Origin: Blepharisma stoltei ATCC 30299
Taxonomy: Eukaryota > Protista > Ciliophora
Direction: 5' to 3'
Assembly: GCA_965603825.1 (NCBI GenBank)
Contig: CBFDEM010000054.1
Span: 186,001-250,000 of the forward strand
Length of the DNA stretch: 64,000 nucleotides
Translations under genes and position numbers: made by a program
The notes under the pieces: generated by a model
Seen by the model: the letters and a program-made list of their open reading frames with translations, nothing else
What the model was told of the DNA's origin: nothing
Databases searched by the model: none
Part shown: positions 24,069 to 36,898 of the stretch, piece after piece
Position numbering within the stretch: position 1 is the stretch's first letter
Layout: each line of letters opens with the position of its first letter

Positions 24069-25253
24069 ATGATTTTTCTATATGTGCTAATAGCAGCATG
24101 CAGTGCTGAGTATTTACACCTGGCTGCAAGAAACCATTCAAAACCATATATGAATAAATCAAAAAAAGACTGACTTATTTTGTATACAAATAATAATGCT
24201 CCAGGACAGCTTGAAAAAGAATTTTTAAACGCTTCAAAAGCAGAAGGAACGAGCAAGCTGACGTATTCTTTGTTTAACTGCACAAAATATTGGGAAGTTT
24301 GTGAGCAATTTAGAATAAAAGAGCTACCTTTAATTCATTATGTCAGTAGAGGAATGGTAAAAGAATATAATTGGGACTTATCACTGGATGATTTTATTGA
24401 ATTTGGACAAAAAATAAGTATGCCTGAAATACAGCAGGTTTCAACAGTTGATGATTTTGAAAAATTCAAAAGATATGAGAGGGCTTTTATGCTATGAACT
24501 CTCCCTGAATTTACATCAGAAGCAAAAAATCTTAGCGATAATTATTTCGATGCAATCGCAAAAGAAATGCAGCACACAAGGATTTATTTTGGCAGATGTC
24601 ATGAAGAAGAGGTGGCTAAATATATAAAAGTTGATTGAGCTCAGCTGCCAAGTGTAAAACAGCATGGAGTTGATAGTGATTATGATTTTAATATTACAAA
24701 ATATACTGAAGCTTCTTTAAGGGATTTTATTGAAAATCATAAATTTGGGGTACTTTTCAATATGACAAGAGGGATAGAAAAAGAGCTGGTGTCAGGTCTT
24801 AAAGGAAAATTATTTGCCTTGGCTGTATTAGATTTCAGTAATCAGACTGAATATAGCCGGTATTCTAACCATATGAAATCGCTAGCCTTGAGTCTAAAAA
24901 AATCAAAAGATTGGCGGTATCAGTTTGGCTTACTAGATGCTCCTAAATTTCCAGATATAGCTGACAAGTTTAAGGCCAGAGAACATCCACAATTAGTTGT
25001 CGTTGATTATAGAAAAATAAATGATAATGCATTTTATTTTGGAGATTTTATGGTTGAAAATGAAAGAGAGCTTTATGTGCTATTAAATGATACATGGGAT
25101 TCAGCAATTCCGTTGAATTACACAATCCCATTGGATGAGAGAGATAATTACGATGAAATTACAATAGGAGGGTATTTACTCATTCTTCTAGTATTGCTCA
25201 TGGGAGGGCTTTTTATTTATCGTATCTACAATACAAAGGAAAAGGAGGATTAA
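24069..25253 (+). CDS. ER-type transmembrane thioredoxin-fold (PDI/TMX-like) protein lacking CxxC
   Basis: Signal peptide MIFLYVLIAACSA. In-frame TGA at 24171, 24495 and 24636 link the track ORFs. Trx-like NCTKYWEVCEQFRIKELPLI, C-terminal TM, and KEKED tail. Confidence 0.75.
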
Positions 25254-25504
25254 TTTAGTAAATTATGTTATATAAATTTCATAAATTTAAGGGATTTTTT
25301 AATGTTTAAAATTGACTTGAAAAAATTGATGATCTTTTAAATTAATAATGAAGAATTTATTTAAATTTAATATCAAAAAAGTAATTAATTCTCTATTTTT
25401 AAGAGTTGCTTGATGAAAAAATTTAGTGTTCTATAGAATTTTCAAATAATTTAAAATCTAAATAGTCAAAATTCATATTTAAATTGTTAAAATGTCAAGC
25501 ATCG

Positions 25505-27395
25505 ATGGAGAATCTGTTGTTCCTCCTCAGTAAGCTTTATTAAGGAGATGGTATAGATCAGCGCGAAGTGATTAAAACATATGAAAGCGTTATTAAAACA
25601 ATGAAAGAACAAATATACAGCTTGAAAAGCAAATTGGCTGTATCTGAAGATTCAATTCGTCGTTATAAACAAATTGAAGTAGCAGAAACTCAAAAAGAGC
25701 TTGTAAAATATATTCAGAAAGAGTCTAAGTTAGCCTTAAATTCAGCTATCCAAGAGCTTACTGCTAAAAATAATTATATCTCACAATTAGAGCAAAAATC
25801 CAAAATTATTGAAGAAGCTTTAGCCAAAAATGAAAGCGAAATTTTTAGCTTGACTGAAGAAAAAGAATACTGAAAATCATTAGCAAGCCAATCCCCAGAA
25901 TTAGAGATAACAAATAAAAGCGTATTGCCAAACGATCTCATGGAAAAATTTAGAGAAAATGAAAAATCAAGAATCCGAGCTCAAGAAGAAGCAGATTTTT
26001 ATAAGTCAAAATATGAGGAAATCATTGAAAATATGCATAATGTTAAAGACAAGCTAGAAGAAACTGATACTTTAAAATTGCAACAAGCTACTCTTAAAGG
26101 AGAATTTGGAGATATTGAGCAGCAGCTGCTGAAAAAGGAAGAACAAGTAAAATCTTCAAATAAACGATTTATTTTTATTCAGAAAAAGATGGACAAGCTC
26201 AGCAAAGATAAAAAACTTTATGAAGAAAAAACCCAGGAATTAGAAAACGAGAGGAAAAAATTATCAGAAAAATACCAAAAGTAATTAATAATTTAGTTTG
26301 GCTAGTCGAGTTAAAGGAGAAGAAAGATTAAAAGGAAGGATAAAAGAATTAGAAGAAAATTTAGAAGCAGCTTCTCAAGAAATAGAAAATTTATTAGAAA
26401 GGCTTCGGGATAGCTTAAAAAGAACAGAAGAGCTGCAAAATATAATAAATTGTGAAACTAAAGCACATGACCAAACCAAAGAAGCTTATAAAAGGATAAA
26501 AATTCAAGAGAAACTTCTAATAGACGAAAGGGATTTACTAGCCAATATGAATAGTGAGCTCAGCATTAAACTGAATATTATGCAAGAAGAAATGGAAAAA
26601 ACAAAAAGCCCTGAATCAATTGAAAAACATGAAATAACGTTTAAAAAAGGCACAAAAGAAAGCGCAGCATTAATGAGACTAAACCATAAATTAGAAGAAA
26701 ATGTATCAAGACTAGAAAATGAGCTTTCATTTACTAAAGAAAAGCTTCAGAAAAAAGAACAAGAAGTTTTAGAGCTCGAGCTTAAACTTAATGAAAGCCA
26801 TAGAGAAAGAAGAAAATTAGAGCAGCGGCAAAGAGATGTTCCAAGAGACAGTATAGCTGGACTAATCAAATGCCTAGACAAAGAAACTGACCATCCCATC
26901 AGTGCTTTATCCTGTGACAATAATAATCTGCTGCTTCACGAAATGAATGAAAAATATGACAGACTTCTTGATAAATACCAAGCTGCTGAAGAAGCTAAAA
27001 CTAGCCTTGAATCTCAGCTAAATAACTATCAGCACATGCTAAAAAGCATGAAAACACAAATCAACGAAGATGCCTTTAAAAACAGCAATTTTGAAAAAAT
27101 CCTTGCTGAAAGAAATGAGGAAATTACCACTTTGAAAGAAAAAATTTCAATGCTGGAGGACAAAGTCAAGTATTTTGGGATTTCTGCAGAAACTGAAAGA
27201 CATAGAGAAATTTCGCATAAACCTGTGATAAGTAGAGCAGGGTCACTTCAAAATTTAACTGAAAGAAGAACTAAAGCGAGGAGCAACACCCCAGATGACG
27301 CAGCTACACCGAGATATTATCCAATGAGATCAAATTCCCTTTTGAAGCTGAGAGTTCCATCTCAAACTTATGATAAGCCATCATGAAGGGGCTAA
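25505..27395 (+). CDS. Large coiled-coil protein; introns 25530-25544 and 26281-26296
   Basis: Track ORFs 25568, 25925 and 26298 join via TGA 25871 and a 16-nt intron. TGA 27384 is followed by AGG GGC TAA. The start codon is uncertain. Confidence 0.7.
25530..25544 (+). other. 15-nt intron
   Basis: GTAAGCTTTATTAAG; contains an in-frame TAA relative to ATG 25505. Confidence 0.65.
26281..26296 (+). other. 16-nt intron
   Basis: GTAATTAATAATTTAG; removal exactly fixes the frame shift between ORFs 25925 and 26298. Confidence 0.9.
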
Positions 27396-27448
27396 ATTTG
27401 ATGAATATAAATAATTTTATTATAGTCTTCCAAAAATATGATTATACT

Positions 27449-28561
27449 TTAATTTTCGACCCATTTTAGTCTTTTTCCATCTTTCCATTCTCCTTCTTTT
27501 TTCTCCCCTTTAGCTGTACAATAAATCCCACGCCCATGCTGCTTTCCATTATGCCAATTTCCTTCATATTTTCTTCCATCCGGTCAAGAAAAAGTTCCCT
27601 TTCCTTGCTTTTTGTCATCATAATATTCTCCTTTATAGCACCTTCCATCAGCCCATGTGAAAGTGCCAAACCCGTCCATTTTATTGTTTTTTCAAGTCCC
27701 TTCATACCTTCTGCCGTCCATTCATGAATAAATGCCATAGCCATCAATGTTATTTTCTTTAAACTCTCCTATATATTTGCTGCCATCAGACCAATTAAAA
27801 TTTCCTCTTCCATCCTTTTTGCCAAACGTGTAGTCTCCTTCATAGCGAGCTCCGTCAGGCCATACTTCTACGCCGTGGCCATGCTGCTTATCGTCTTGCC
27901 ATTGTCCATCATAAGTGGCACCATCAGTATGTCGATAATTTCCGTGTCCATGTGCTTTATCGTCGACTCAGTCTCCTTCATAAACGTCTCCGTCATTATG
28001 AATGAGTCTTCCTTTGCCATTAGCTCTATCATGCATTCAATATCCTTCATACTTTGAGCCATCTGGCCATACTTGTATTCCTTTTCCATGTCTTTCTCAT
28101 CTATCACTTCATTCACCAATATAAATTGCTCCATTATCAAGCTGCACTGGGCCTTTTTTCACTCTTGGGGCTGGATCATTAAAATCATAATTATATTGAA
28201 ACGGCTCGAGCTTTTTGCTTATAGCTTGAGTAATTGTATTTTCATAATTTGGAAGATCGCCATGGATTTCAAGAATCGAGTTTCTAGGCTGGGCTGTGTA
28301 TCCAGAGTTTAATCTTACTTGAGTTCCTTGAGATTTTATTCTCTCTTTTACTTTCCGGCGGTCTAAAAAGCCTCTTAATAAGGATTGCAAAACGATAAGG
28401 TTTGAATTATTTATTTCTAATGATTGGAAAGAAGTAACTGGAACTTCTATCACAAATGGGCTATGCTCTTGCTGAGCACGTGAATTTGATGATATTTTTT
28501 GAACTGTAAATTGGTCGGAGTCAAGCTGGTTTTCTTTAAAGCATGAACATGCAGCTCCCAT
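27449..28561 (-). CDS. N-acylated IQ-motif MORN-repeat protein
   Basis: MGAACSC start and IQ-like [13 protein letters not shown], then about 9 MORN repeats (YEGxWxxxKxxGxG). TGA at 28109, 28097, 28037, 27968, 27722, 27692 and 27584, mostly at MORN Trp positions. Confidence 0.92.
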
Positions 28562-28949
28562 TACTTGATTTAAAATAAAAATTTAAAAATTAATAAGTTG
28601 TAAGTAATAAGCAGCCGACCAAAATTTATTATATACTTCTCTTATCTCTATATATTAAAATCACAATTTATTTTTGGAGCATTTAGACTTTGTGTAGCAG
28701 CAATGCAAAATATCCTGCGCTCTTTAATAACCTTCTCGCCACTATTTTATTTAAATCAGCAAAGAGCATAATAAAAATTAAATCCTTTTCTTATTCCCTA
28801 AACAAATTTCTGTTTAAATATGAAAATTTACTAATTTAGACTGTTTTTCCAAACAGTCAAATTTCTATCAAAATAGCAGAAAACGCTCCTTTTCAATAAT
28901 CTATACATTATTTTACCTCCATTATCCCAAAAGTTAAATTCATATAATA

Positions 28950-30584
28950 ATGGGTAACGCAGGGATCATAGCAGTTCATCGATTTGAACATCAAAGCAAA
29001 AATCGAATCTGTGGCAGTTGCTGAACAACTCCAATTCTTGACAGAGATGAGCTTGCAATACATAAAGAAGTAGGAATTCCTCGGGGACGTTTATGCAATG
29101 AAGCAATGAAATATTTAGACCCAAACGAACGCCACTTGATGTTTGCAGCTTCAGGAAATAATCCTCTGCAAATAAAACAATGCATAAATCAAGGAGCTTC
29201 ACCTGACACTTATGATGAAAACCGAACAAGCCCTTTGCATATAGCATGCAGACAAGGAAGTTTAGATGTGGTTAAAGAATTGATAAGCCAGAGAGCGTCA
29301 ATTAATATCACTGATTGTGCGGGATGGACTAGTTTGCATATAGCGTCTTATTGCTGCAGGCCTGATGTGGTTGAACTTTTGCTTGCGAATAATTCAGATG
29401 CCACAATTTCAAATAGGAAAGGAGAAACTCCTTGAGATTTAGCAGGGGATGATGCCACACAAAATGTTTTTCTTAATTATTGGCAGCATAAGGTAGAAGA
29501 GGATGAACCTTTGGTTCCAGCTGCTCAGAGGGAGAATTATGAAGTTATGACTGCCCAAAAAGCATTCCCTAGGCCCATTTCTCCGTTAACTGAAGAAAAA
29601 AGTGTAATTTCAGTGAAAAATTGAATTAAAGTTGACCAAATCCCGACTGGATTATTTTCACAAACTTCGCCTGAGTTGCTTGAAAGAGGAAAAAGAATTT
29701 TCAATAATAATGCGAATAAAGGCTTATCATTTTTCATAGCGCTAGGACTAGTTTCTCCACAGCCTTCACAAATAGCAAGATTTTTCTTTACACTTCCTGG
29801 GATATCTCCAGTAAAAATAGGAGAGCTTTTAGGAGAAACAGACCAATTTCACAAAGATATCGCTAAAGAGTACATTTCACTACTTCAATTTGAAAAACAC
29901 AACCTATTAGTATCTTTAAAAAAACTATTAAAATCAATAAAACTTCCAAGAGACGGAATTATGGCAGACCAAATCCTCGACGCATTTTCCGACAGATTCT
30001 GAAGTGAAAAAGGGCCATTTTTGTCAAAAGACTCAGTCCATCATTTAGCCTTCAGCATTATTATGCTTGATTTTTCATTACATGACCATACAAGTTCCCC
30101 ATTAGATAAAGAAGAGTTTATTAAAAGCAATGCAGGAATGCATGATGGGGAAGATTTTCCTGAAAAATTCTTGACATGGGTTTATGATGAGGTGCAAAGA
30201 GAAACTTTGAGGACGAAGTTTGAAGAGCAAGTAGAGCCTGTTTTTGATAATGTGGTGTATAGTGGGCATTTAGCTTATAAGTCAGGAAGTGAATGGAAAG
30301 AAAGATACTTTGTCTTGAGTGATGGGATTTTATGATTTTTTATGAGCACAACTCAAGCAACACCTTATGGGCTAATACCACTGCAAGGATTAAATGTGCA
30401 TTTTGATACTAGACTATTGGGGTTTACAATAGGAAGCACAATCCCTTTTCCTTATGTTAAATTTAGTGAAGATGGCAGCATCCAAATACAAACTGCATCG
30501 TTTTTGTCAATTAAAGCTGGAAATTTGAAGCTTTGGCTGGAGGGGTTTCAGAAAGTGACAAATATTCGGCTGTCTATAAAATAA
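28950..30584 (+). CDS. Ankyrin + Sec7 + PH domain protein (cytohesin-like ArfGEF)
   Basis: One frame with TGA at 29022, 29433, 29622, 30000 and 30333. Ankyrin SPLHIAC/TSLHIAS, Sec7 KIGELLGE..LAFSIIMLDFSLH, PH WKERYFVL. Confidence 0.88.
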
Positions 30585-30671
30585 ATGCAATTTAATTTCA
30601 AAATTAAAATTATACGTGAGCCAAACTAACTTACAGTCAGCTTTCTTCTACTTTAAATTGTTTAACAATAA

Positions 30672-31256
30672 TTAACAGCACCCTCGACGAGAGTTTCCTT
30701 TTTCAGGTATCTTTTTACTAAGGTTGATGCTATTTCTGCTTTCTGTATATTTCCCTTTAGTTGCAATTTCCCTAAAAATCTGATCAATCCCATATCTTGT
30801 TTTTGCACTTGTCTTTTTATAGATTGCACCAATAGATGCTGCAAACTCTCTAGCTTCATTCATATCCACTTCTTCGTTCTCAACTAAATCCTCTTTGTTC
30901 CCAGCAACAGCAATCATAAGCGATCTTGGGCCAAATTCTTTGAGTTCTCTATATCATTGCTTCATTGCATCATAAGACCTTCTATTGGTAATATCATATA
31001 CTAAAATAGCAGCTTGTGAGTCTGAATAATACATTTTTGATAAAGCGTGGTATCTTTCTTGTCCAGCTGTGTCTCATATATTGAACTTCACTACTTTGTT
31101 TTGGAGCTCTATTGTTTTTGAAAGAAAGGAGGCTCCGATTGTTGCTTCAAGATCTTCATAAAATCGATCTTCAATATAGCGGACTACAATGCTTGATTTT
31201 CCGACTCCTGAGTCGCCTAATAAAACAACTTTTATTTGGAATTGATTTGGCTGCAT
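30672..31256 (-). CDS. Rab5/Rab22-type small GTPase
   Basis: [18 protein letters not shown](TGA 31074)DTAGQERY, second TGA 30954, GNKEDL, TSAK, C-terminal CC. Confidence 0.92.
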
Positions 31257-31775
31257 ATTTATAATGTAAATTTTTAAGTGATTGACTAAGGGAATTTAAA
31301 ATAATATATATTAGTTATTTTTGTGTCAAGAAAAATAAAGTATAAAAGATCATTATAATTGTCGAAAAATAAAGTGTAGAAACGTATTATAAGATCCATC
31401 TCTTACTTAATAAGTAAATTTAAAATTATTAGATAAGTTTTATTATAAGCTATCTGGATTTAGCTCAATTGATTTAATTTACACACAATTCTCGTAGTTT
31501 TTTAAACAGAAGATAAATAAAGCTTAACAATTCTGCAACTAATTAAATTATTTTGACGAACTAAACTTATGAAATACTTTAAATATAATTTCAATATCTA
31601 TTTTCCCATTAATTATAGAATATCTTTACTTAATATTTAAAATATAGTATTATTTTCTTAAATTCAAAGCAATCTGATCCTCTCAATTGATATAAATTTT
31701 CCAGATGCAAAACCATATTTTATCTATAATTTTAGGTATTTTGGAAACTATATAGAAATCTAAATAAATAATTTT

Positions 31776-34106
31776 ATGGAAGAAGTAAAAGGTAAAGTGA
31801 GTGAAAAAATTTCTTTAAAAAAACCAAGAGAAAGTGTTCCCAAACTAAATATGCTTGGTCTGCCTATCTCCAGACCAATTGAGGTTGTAGATTCAAGCGT
31901 CCTATCTAATAGAAATTCATATCCAGACATAGATAGTGATAGTGCTCTTAATACACGGAGAATTATTTTACAAGGAAATTTGCAGCCAGGCCAAGAATTT
32001 CCTGAAGTAATTGACCAAGAAAGAATCGAATATCAAGTTGTAAAACTCGACAAAGAAATTGCATTTAGATACTGTGATGGTGCGTCAGTTAAAGGGGTAA
32101 AAAAGGTTCGGGGTATAACTCCTATTTTTCCTCCTAAGTTTCGTGAAAAAGGCATCTTAAATAAACTGGCTCAGGCTTCAATAACTGAAGAAAGATGTGA
32201 GTTTTTAATTGTTATCGCTATGTACAATGAAAATATAAAACAGCTAAATGACACACTATATGGAATTTCTAGCAATCTCAAAGATTTTCAAAACGCAGGG
32301 ATTTCTTCAAATAGAATTGCTTGCATTATCATAGTAGATGGCATAAGGCCTTTTTACGCAACTTATAAAAAAGAGCCTAAATTTTTTTCTCAGTTTTTTG
32401 ATGAGGAAAAAATTAAGCAGACGTTCCCAGCTGCAAATGGTGACATATTAAATTGTAAAATTCCTGATGAAACTGAAGATGATGAGTTTTCACATGTATT
32501 TTCGCAAAATACTATAATTGGCGAAGAAGACGATGCTCTTGAACTGCAATTGATTTTTTGTGTGAAACAGAAAAACAAAAGAAAATTAAATACGCATTTA
32601 TGGTTTTTTGGAGGCTTCTGTGAACTGTTTCAGCCGAGATACGTTATGCTGCTTGATGTTGGAACTAAACCTCTGGAAAGCTCATTATTTTATTTATATG
32701 AAGCTATGGTAACTGATGATAGAATTGCTGGGTGCTGTGGTGAAATCAGACCAATGTACTCTGGTTGCTGAAATTTGACTGTTCCAGCTCAGCTTGTAGA
32801 ATATAAATTTGCACACACTTTTGATAAAGCTTTGGAAAGTATTTTTGGCTACGTCTCAGTGCTTCCTGGAGCTTTTAGCGCATATAGATGGAAAGCCTTA
32901 CAAGGAAAACCCCTATGAGAAGACTATTTTAAGTCTATCTGCCATCCTGAGCTAATGAATGCTTATTATTCTAATATTTATTTAGCAGAAGATCGTGTAT
33001 TATGCTTAGCATTAGTATCGAAAGTAGCTGAAGGTGAACCAAATTACTTATTAAGATATGTACGCAGCTCAGTCGCAGAAACTGACGTTCCTGATACTAT
33101 TTCAGGACTGATGGCTCAAAGAAGAAGATGGATTAATGGCTCATGATTTGCTTTAATTGATACCGTATCAAATTTTCAAAAAATAACAAGGTCAAAGCAT
33201 TCTTGCTGCAGGAAATGCTTTTTTAGCATTCAACTCCTATATTACATAATAAATGTAATATTTTCTTGGTTCATAGTAGGCTCATTCTTTTTAGTTTTTG
33301 CAGTGACAGCTCATAGAATTGATGATTCAAGTCAGACTGATCTTTTTACTATTAGTAATGCTTGTGTATTCACATATCTTGCACTTGTAATCAGTGTTTT
33401 TGTTATGGCTATGGGAGTAAAGCCAAAGCGCGTTGAAGATCCCTACAAAGTGATTGCCTGCTTATTTGGCTTGACTATGGCCGCAAGCATTGGATTTATG
33501 GTTAACTTTCTCTTTAAAACAAACTATGAAGAAAAATTAAATTGGAAAGACTGGGATGGATTTTCTCAAGGCGCAGTTTTACTATTGGTTTTAGGAACAG
33601 TCACGATGTTTGCATTAAATGTAGTTATGAATGGAGCTATTGGGCCAGTGCTGAAAGGGATTATACACTTTTTATTTTTGACGCCTACATATGTCAATGT
33701 TTTTACAATTTATGCAATTTGCAATACACATGACTGCACATGGGGAAATAGACCAGATCAGTTAAGCCAAGAAGAAAAAAATAGATTAGAAGAGTTTGAA
33801 GAATTTAGAACAAGATGAGTTATTGTTTGGGTGCTTATGAATGCTTCTTATGGATATTGCATAAACTTCCTTGATAAAAATAAGTCATATGGAAGCAATT
33901 ATGTGTATGGCCTGGCTTGTGTCGGTGGTGTAGTTATATTTATTAGATTTCTTGGAGGTACTTTATATTTAATTCAAGAAAAATGCTGCTGGAAAAAATT
34001 AGACCCTTATCACGATCCAAGTATTGATGAAACTAAAGACAAGCTGAATAATTCAGACCAACGCATTTGCCAAGTAGAAAAGAAGCCTGAAAATACAATA
34101 GTGTAA
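31776..34106 (+). CDS. CHS: Chitin synthase (GT2, Chitin_synth_1/division-1 type)
   Basis: [54 protein letters not shown] and TWG. TGA at 32769, 32916, 33144 and 33816; multi-TM C-terminus. Confidence 0.93.
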
Positions 34107-34150
34107 GATTTTATAAGACAAATAATAATTTAATTTATTAAATTGAGAAA

Positions 34151-35014
34151 ATGTCACTGTCTAAGTCGTTTGACTCAGCAACTATCCAAGATCAAGTAAA
34201 AATTTCAAAAAATCCAAGCCAACACAAAAGTTTGCTTACATCAAAAAGTGGGGCTTCTATTTATGAGAGTGACCCTAAAAATAAAAAAGAATCTCAAAAC
34301 TACAACGAACGGCTTAGGTCACTCTCAAAACCAAGGCATAATTATTCAGATGAATCTGGAGATGAAATTGGTCCAGGTCAGTATGACACAAATGATATAT
34401 ATTTATCAACTAACCACAGATCTCCAAGTGTAAAAATATACAAATCACATTCTCCAATCACAAAAACAAAAACAGAAAATCAAAGCCTCTATCATCCAAA
34501 TTTTGAAATAATTCAACCCTCAGTACCAAAGCCTTATTTTTCAAAGGCTGAAGTAAAAAGGCTATCTTTTTTTGAAGATTTAGGCTATAGATCACCAGGC
34601 CCGAAATATATGTGAAACCTTCCTTCGGCTCCTTCATGGAAGTTTGGCTTAAACTCTCATAACCATTCTCAAAATCGAGTAAAAATAAACCAAGTAGAAG
34701 ACCTTAAACAGAATAACACAAAATTCGGTATATCTCTTCCTCCTGTGGTCAAAGGTGCACAAAACTCCAATAATACAAGATCGACCTCTAGCCAAGATCT
34801 TCCTTCTTCAAGCCACAAATTTAAAATACCTGGGCTAAATCAATCATCAACCAAAGCACATTTATTTGAAGAATATTCTGCGATAAATTCAAGTGGATCA
34901 CACAAATATTCTTTCAGCAAAGCTAAAAGAGATTTAAATTGGAAAAAACGTAATTTTTATGTAGTGAAAGGTTTTAAGGATAATATCAGGTTCTTTACAA
35001 AGAAATTAAAGTAA
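34151..35014 (+). CDS. SHIPPO/ODF3-like PGP-repeat protein; probable intron 34950-34964
   Basis: IGPGQYD and SPGPKY motifs; TGA 34613 links the track ORFs. Confidence 0.65.
34950..34964 (+). other. Probable 15-nt intron (stop-free, in frame)
   Basis: GTAATTTTTATGTAG fits the consensus, including A10. Confidence 0.6.
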
Positions 35015-35108
35015 GGTATTAATGTATGCCATTAATAATAAATTATTTAATTATATTAAGATTTTTTAATATGAATTGATTTTTTGTGCATTTTAGACAA
35101 TTTTAAAA

Positions 35109-36239
35109 ATGGAAGAACTTCAAGAACTCAACGACCATTTAAGTATTCTTGAAGAAAAGTTTGAGAAGCAAAAAGTTCATCAAACAACCTTACAAATTCA
35201 ATCAGATGAACTGCAGCGTACAATAACGTTAAAATCAGCCGATAATAAAATGCTCCAAGTTAAAAAACACCATCAAGATTTGCAAATAGAAGAACTATGC
35301 AAAGAACTTGAGAGATTAAAAGGAACTTTAAATAGAAGAGATCATGAAGAATCTGATCTTAAAATAGAGCTCAGCATGGCTGTGAAAGAACGGAGCCATT
35401 ACAGAGAAAACGAAAATATTATAAAAAAGAAAACAATTGAAGCTGAAAAAGAAATAAAACTATCAAAAGAAGAAATAAGAGCTATTAATAACAAAATAAG
35501 TGAATTTGAGCTGGATATAAGTGAAGATTGCCAAATCATTGAAAATTTAAATACAATCTATGATAAAGTTATGAGTGAGCTAAACAATGAAAATGAAAAA
35601 AATATAATTTTAACTGAAAAATGCAAAGAAATAGAAGAAAAAGCATCAGGTGTAAAGGAAAGAGAAATAAAACAAAGCAAGGAGCTTGAATATTGAAAAG
35701 CCCAAGTAGCAGAAAAAAATGTAATAATTGAATCTCTTAAAGCAGAGCTATATCAGCAAAAAGAGCTTGAAAAGCAGCTTAATCAAGAGCTGAGAAAACT
35801 TGAGAATAATTTAAGAGATTTATATTCAGAAGAGGATAGTCTGAGAAAGCTGGAAAGAGAGTCAAATTTAAAAATAAATGAAATTGAGCATAACCTTAGC
35901 AGAGAAGTTCCCCCTGACATTGGTGGAGTTATGCTTGGCATCAACTTTATTGACAACAAGATTTCAGATTTAAATAAAACAGCTGAGAGTAAAAACATTG
36001 CAAAAGAAAATTTAATCAAAGAGAATTTTTCGATAAAAAAGAAGATAAAAATTTCAAATGATGAAATTAAACGGCAAAAAAGCCAGATAGATTCTCTTGC
36101 CAATGCTCTTAAAGAACTTAAAAAGCAAAATGATAGTTTAGAGATGTATTTAAAAAGAAAACACACACAAAGGTATCAACGTCAGATAGCAGAAAATGAG
36201 TTAAATATTGCGTTAGACTCATTTACTAGTTTAATTTAA
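35109..36239 (+). CDS. Hypothetical coiled-coil protein
   Basis: Continuous frame through TGA 35694. Confidence 0.75.
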
Positions 36240-36384
36240 TTTCAAAATGTATTATAAGGAGTCTCAATCAAAAGAATTATAGTAAAGAAAATAATTGAAA
36301 ATATTTGATATGCTGATATATAAATATAGATGACAGCATGACGGGATTTATTATCTTGGCTTAGCAAAGCATTAATAAAATCAA

Positions 36385-36681
36385 TTATCTTTTCCAATTA
36401 TTTAATATTTCTTTATATCCTTTATTTTCCAATGCTAAAACAGCATTTTCTCGGTTCAACTCTTCTGCTTTGTTTACTAATTGTAATAAAAGAGCATCCT
36501 TATTGGAATCTTGATTTATCATTTCCATCATCATCACCCTTTCTGTTTGCAGAACTTCTTGAAACTAAATAAAAAATACCTTAAGCAGTAGCATTTCGCT
36601 CGTGCTTTTTATCAGTTTTCCTAGACATTCTCCATTGCAGTCATAGGAATTTTCAACTGCAGTTTTGTTTGATGTAAACAT
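36385..36681 (-). CDS. Small 93-aa hypothetical protein not in the ORF track; intron 36565-36579
   Basis: MFTSNKTAVENSYDCNGECLGKLIKSTSEMLLLK|FQEVLQTERVMMMEMINQ..ILNNWKR*. Confidence 0.65.
36565..36579 (-). other. 15-nt intron
   Basis: GTATTTTTTATTTAG; phase 0 with an in-frame TAG. Confidence 0.75.
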
Positions 36682-36898
36682 ATTGAAATAGTTTATTATC
36701 TATTTTCATATTAAAATATGAATGATTTTACATGCATAATGAGATTACATATAAAATAATAGAGTACTTTATAGTCTTGCAGCATTTAATTTAAAATAAA
36801 TTGCCTGTTCACTTGAAAATAAGACCATAAACATTTGATTATCCGCTTATAAGAAACATTGCTAGAATGACATTAATTACTTCAAATTTATTTATAAT

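Noticed and set aside
27466-28140. Met-rich ORFs 27466-27747 and 27868-28140
   Set aside because: Alternative-frame readings of the MORN repeats.
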